Assembly: GCA_045047305.1 (NCBI GenBank)
Contig: JASFYO010000014.1
Coordinates: forward strand, 1-27,435
DNA length: 27,435 nucleotides
Direction of reading: 5' to 3'
Source: Planctomycetota bacterium
Lineage (GTDB): Bacteria; Planctomycetota; UBA1135
Every line of letters starts with the position of its first letter. Position 1 is the first letter of the stretch. The translations under genes were made by a program, and so were the position numbers. Below the pieces are notes generated by a model that saw only the letters and a list, made by a program, of their open reading frames with translations, made no database searches and was not told the origin of the DNA. Below, one piece after another: positions 27,069 to 27,435 of this stretch.

Positions 27069-27435
27069 ATGGCATCCTTCAACCGCGTCATCCTCATGGG
27101 CCATCTGGCCCGCGACCCCGAGGTCCGTCAGGCCCAAAACGGAACTTATATCGCCAAAGTCGGCTTGGCCGTCAACGAACGTATGCCCGATGGGGCAGGT
27201 GGCTGGAAAGAAGATGTTAGTTTTATTGACATCGTTATTTTCGGAAAACGAGCCGAAGCCTTTGGGCGTTTTTTACGCAAAGGGAAGCCGGTATTGGTTG
27301 AAGGCAAATTGCGCCAAGGTAAATGGATTGATAAAGAGACTCAGGCGAAACGTTCCAAGTTGGAAGTCATTGTCGACAACTGGGAGTTCGTCGGTGGCGG
27401 GCGCGAAGAGGGCGGTGGCGGTGGCGGCGCCGGTG
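27069..27435 (+). CDS. ssb: Single-stranded DNA-binding protein (3'-truncated by the window edge)
   Basis: Own translation from the ATG at 27069: MASFNRVILMGHLARDPEVR...GLAVNER...FIDIVIFGKRAE...KGKPVLVEGKLRQ.KW...RSKLEV, then a Gly-rich linker. It is not in the ORF track, presumably because there is no stop in the window. Confidence 0.96.
   Translation, partial: MASFNRVILMGHLARDPEVRQAQNGTYIAKVGLAVNERMPDGAGGWKEDVSFIDIVIFGKRAEAFGRFLRKGKPVLVEGKLRQGKWIDKETQAKRSKLEVIVDNWEFVGGGREEGGGGGGAG

Overview
A gene-dense bacterial core-chromosome window with about 28 CDSs. It carries no rRNA, tRNA, CRISPR array, transposase, phage gene or defence island that I can support. Gene order: efp(-), rpoN(-), speB, a sigma54-dependent response regulator, an lpxH-like gene, cmk, rpsA, a lipoprotein, tyrS, a sulfatase-like lipoprotein(-), a DUF1573-like Ig lipoprotein(-), glyA, a short Cys-rich and possibly decayed island, mtnA(-), purE(-), ruvA(-), a TPR protein with tandem RNA-polymerase alpha-CTDs(-), murA, ffh, rpsP, an HhH-GPD-like protein with a Lys-rich tail, maf, rpmE, prfA, a membrane protein, prmC, a PilZ protein(-) and a truncated ssb. 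Several protein types suggest a Planctomycetota genome (inference, not searched). The most notable items are: (1) the stand-alone TPR-alphaCTD-alphaCTD protein; (2) a symmetric TANNNTA double -10 element at all four divergent junctions, plus several TANNNT-N6-ATG leaderless-type starts; (3) an apparently inactive endonuclease-III-fold protein with a histone-H1-like tail; (4) a sulfatase-fold lipoprotein with a Thr nucleophile. All product calls come from motif recognition only.
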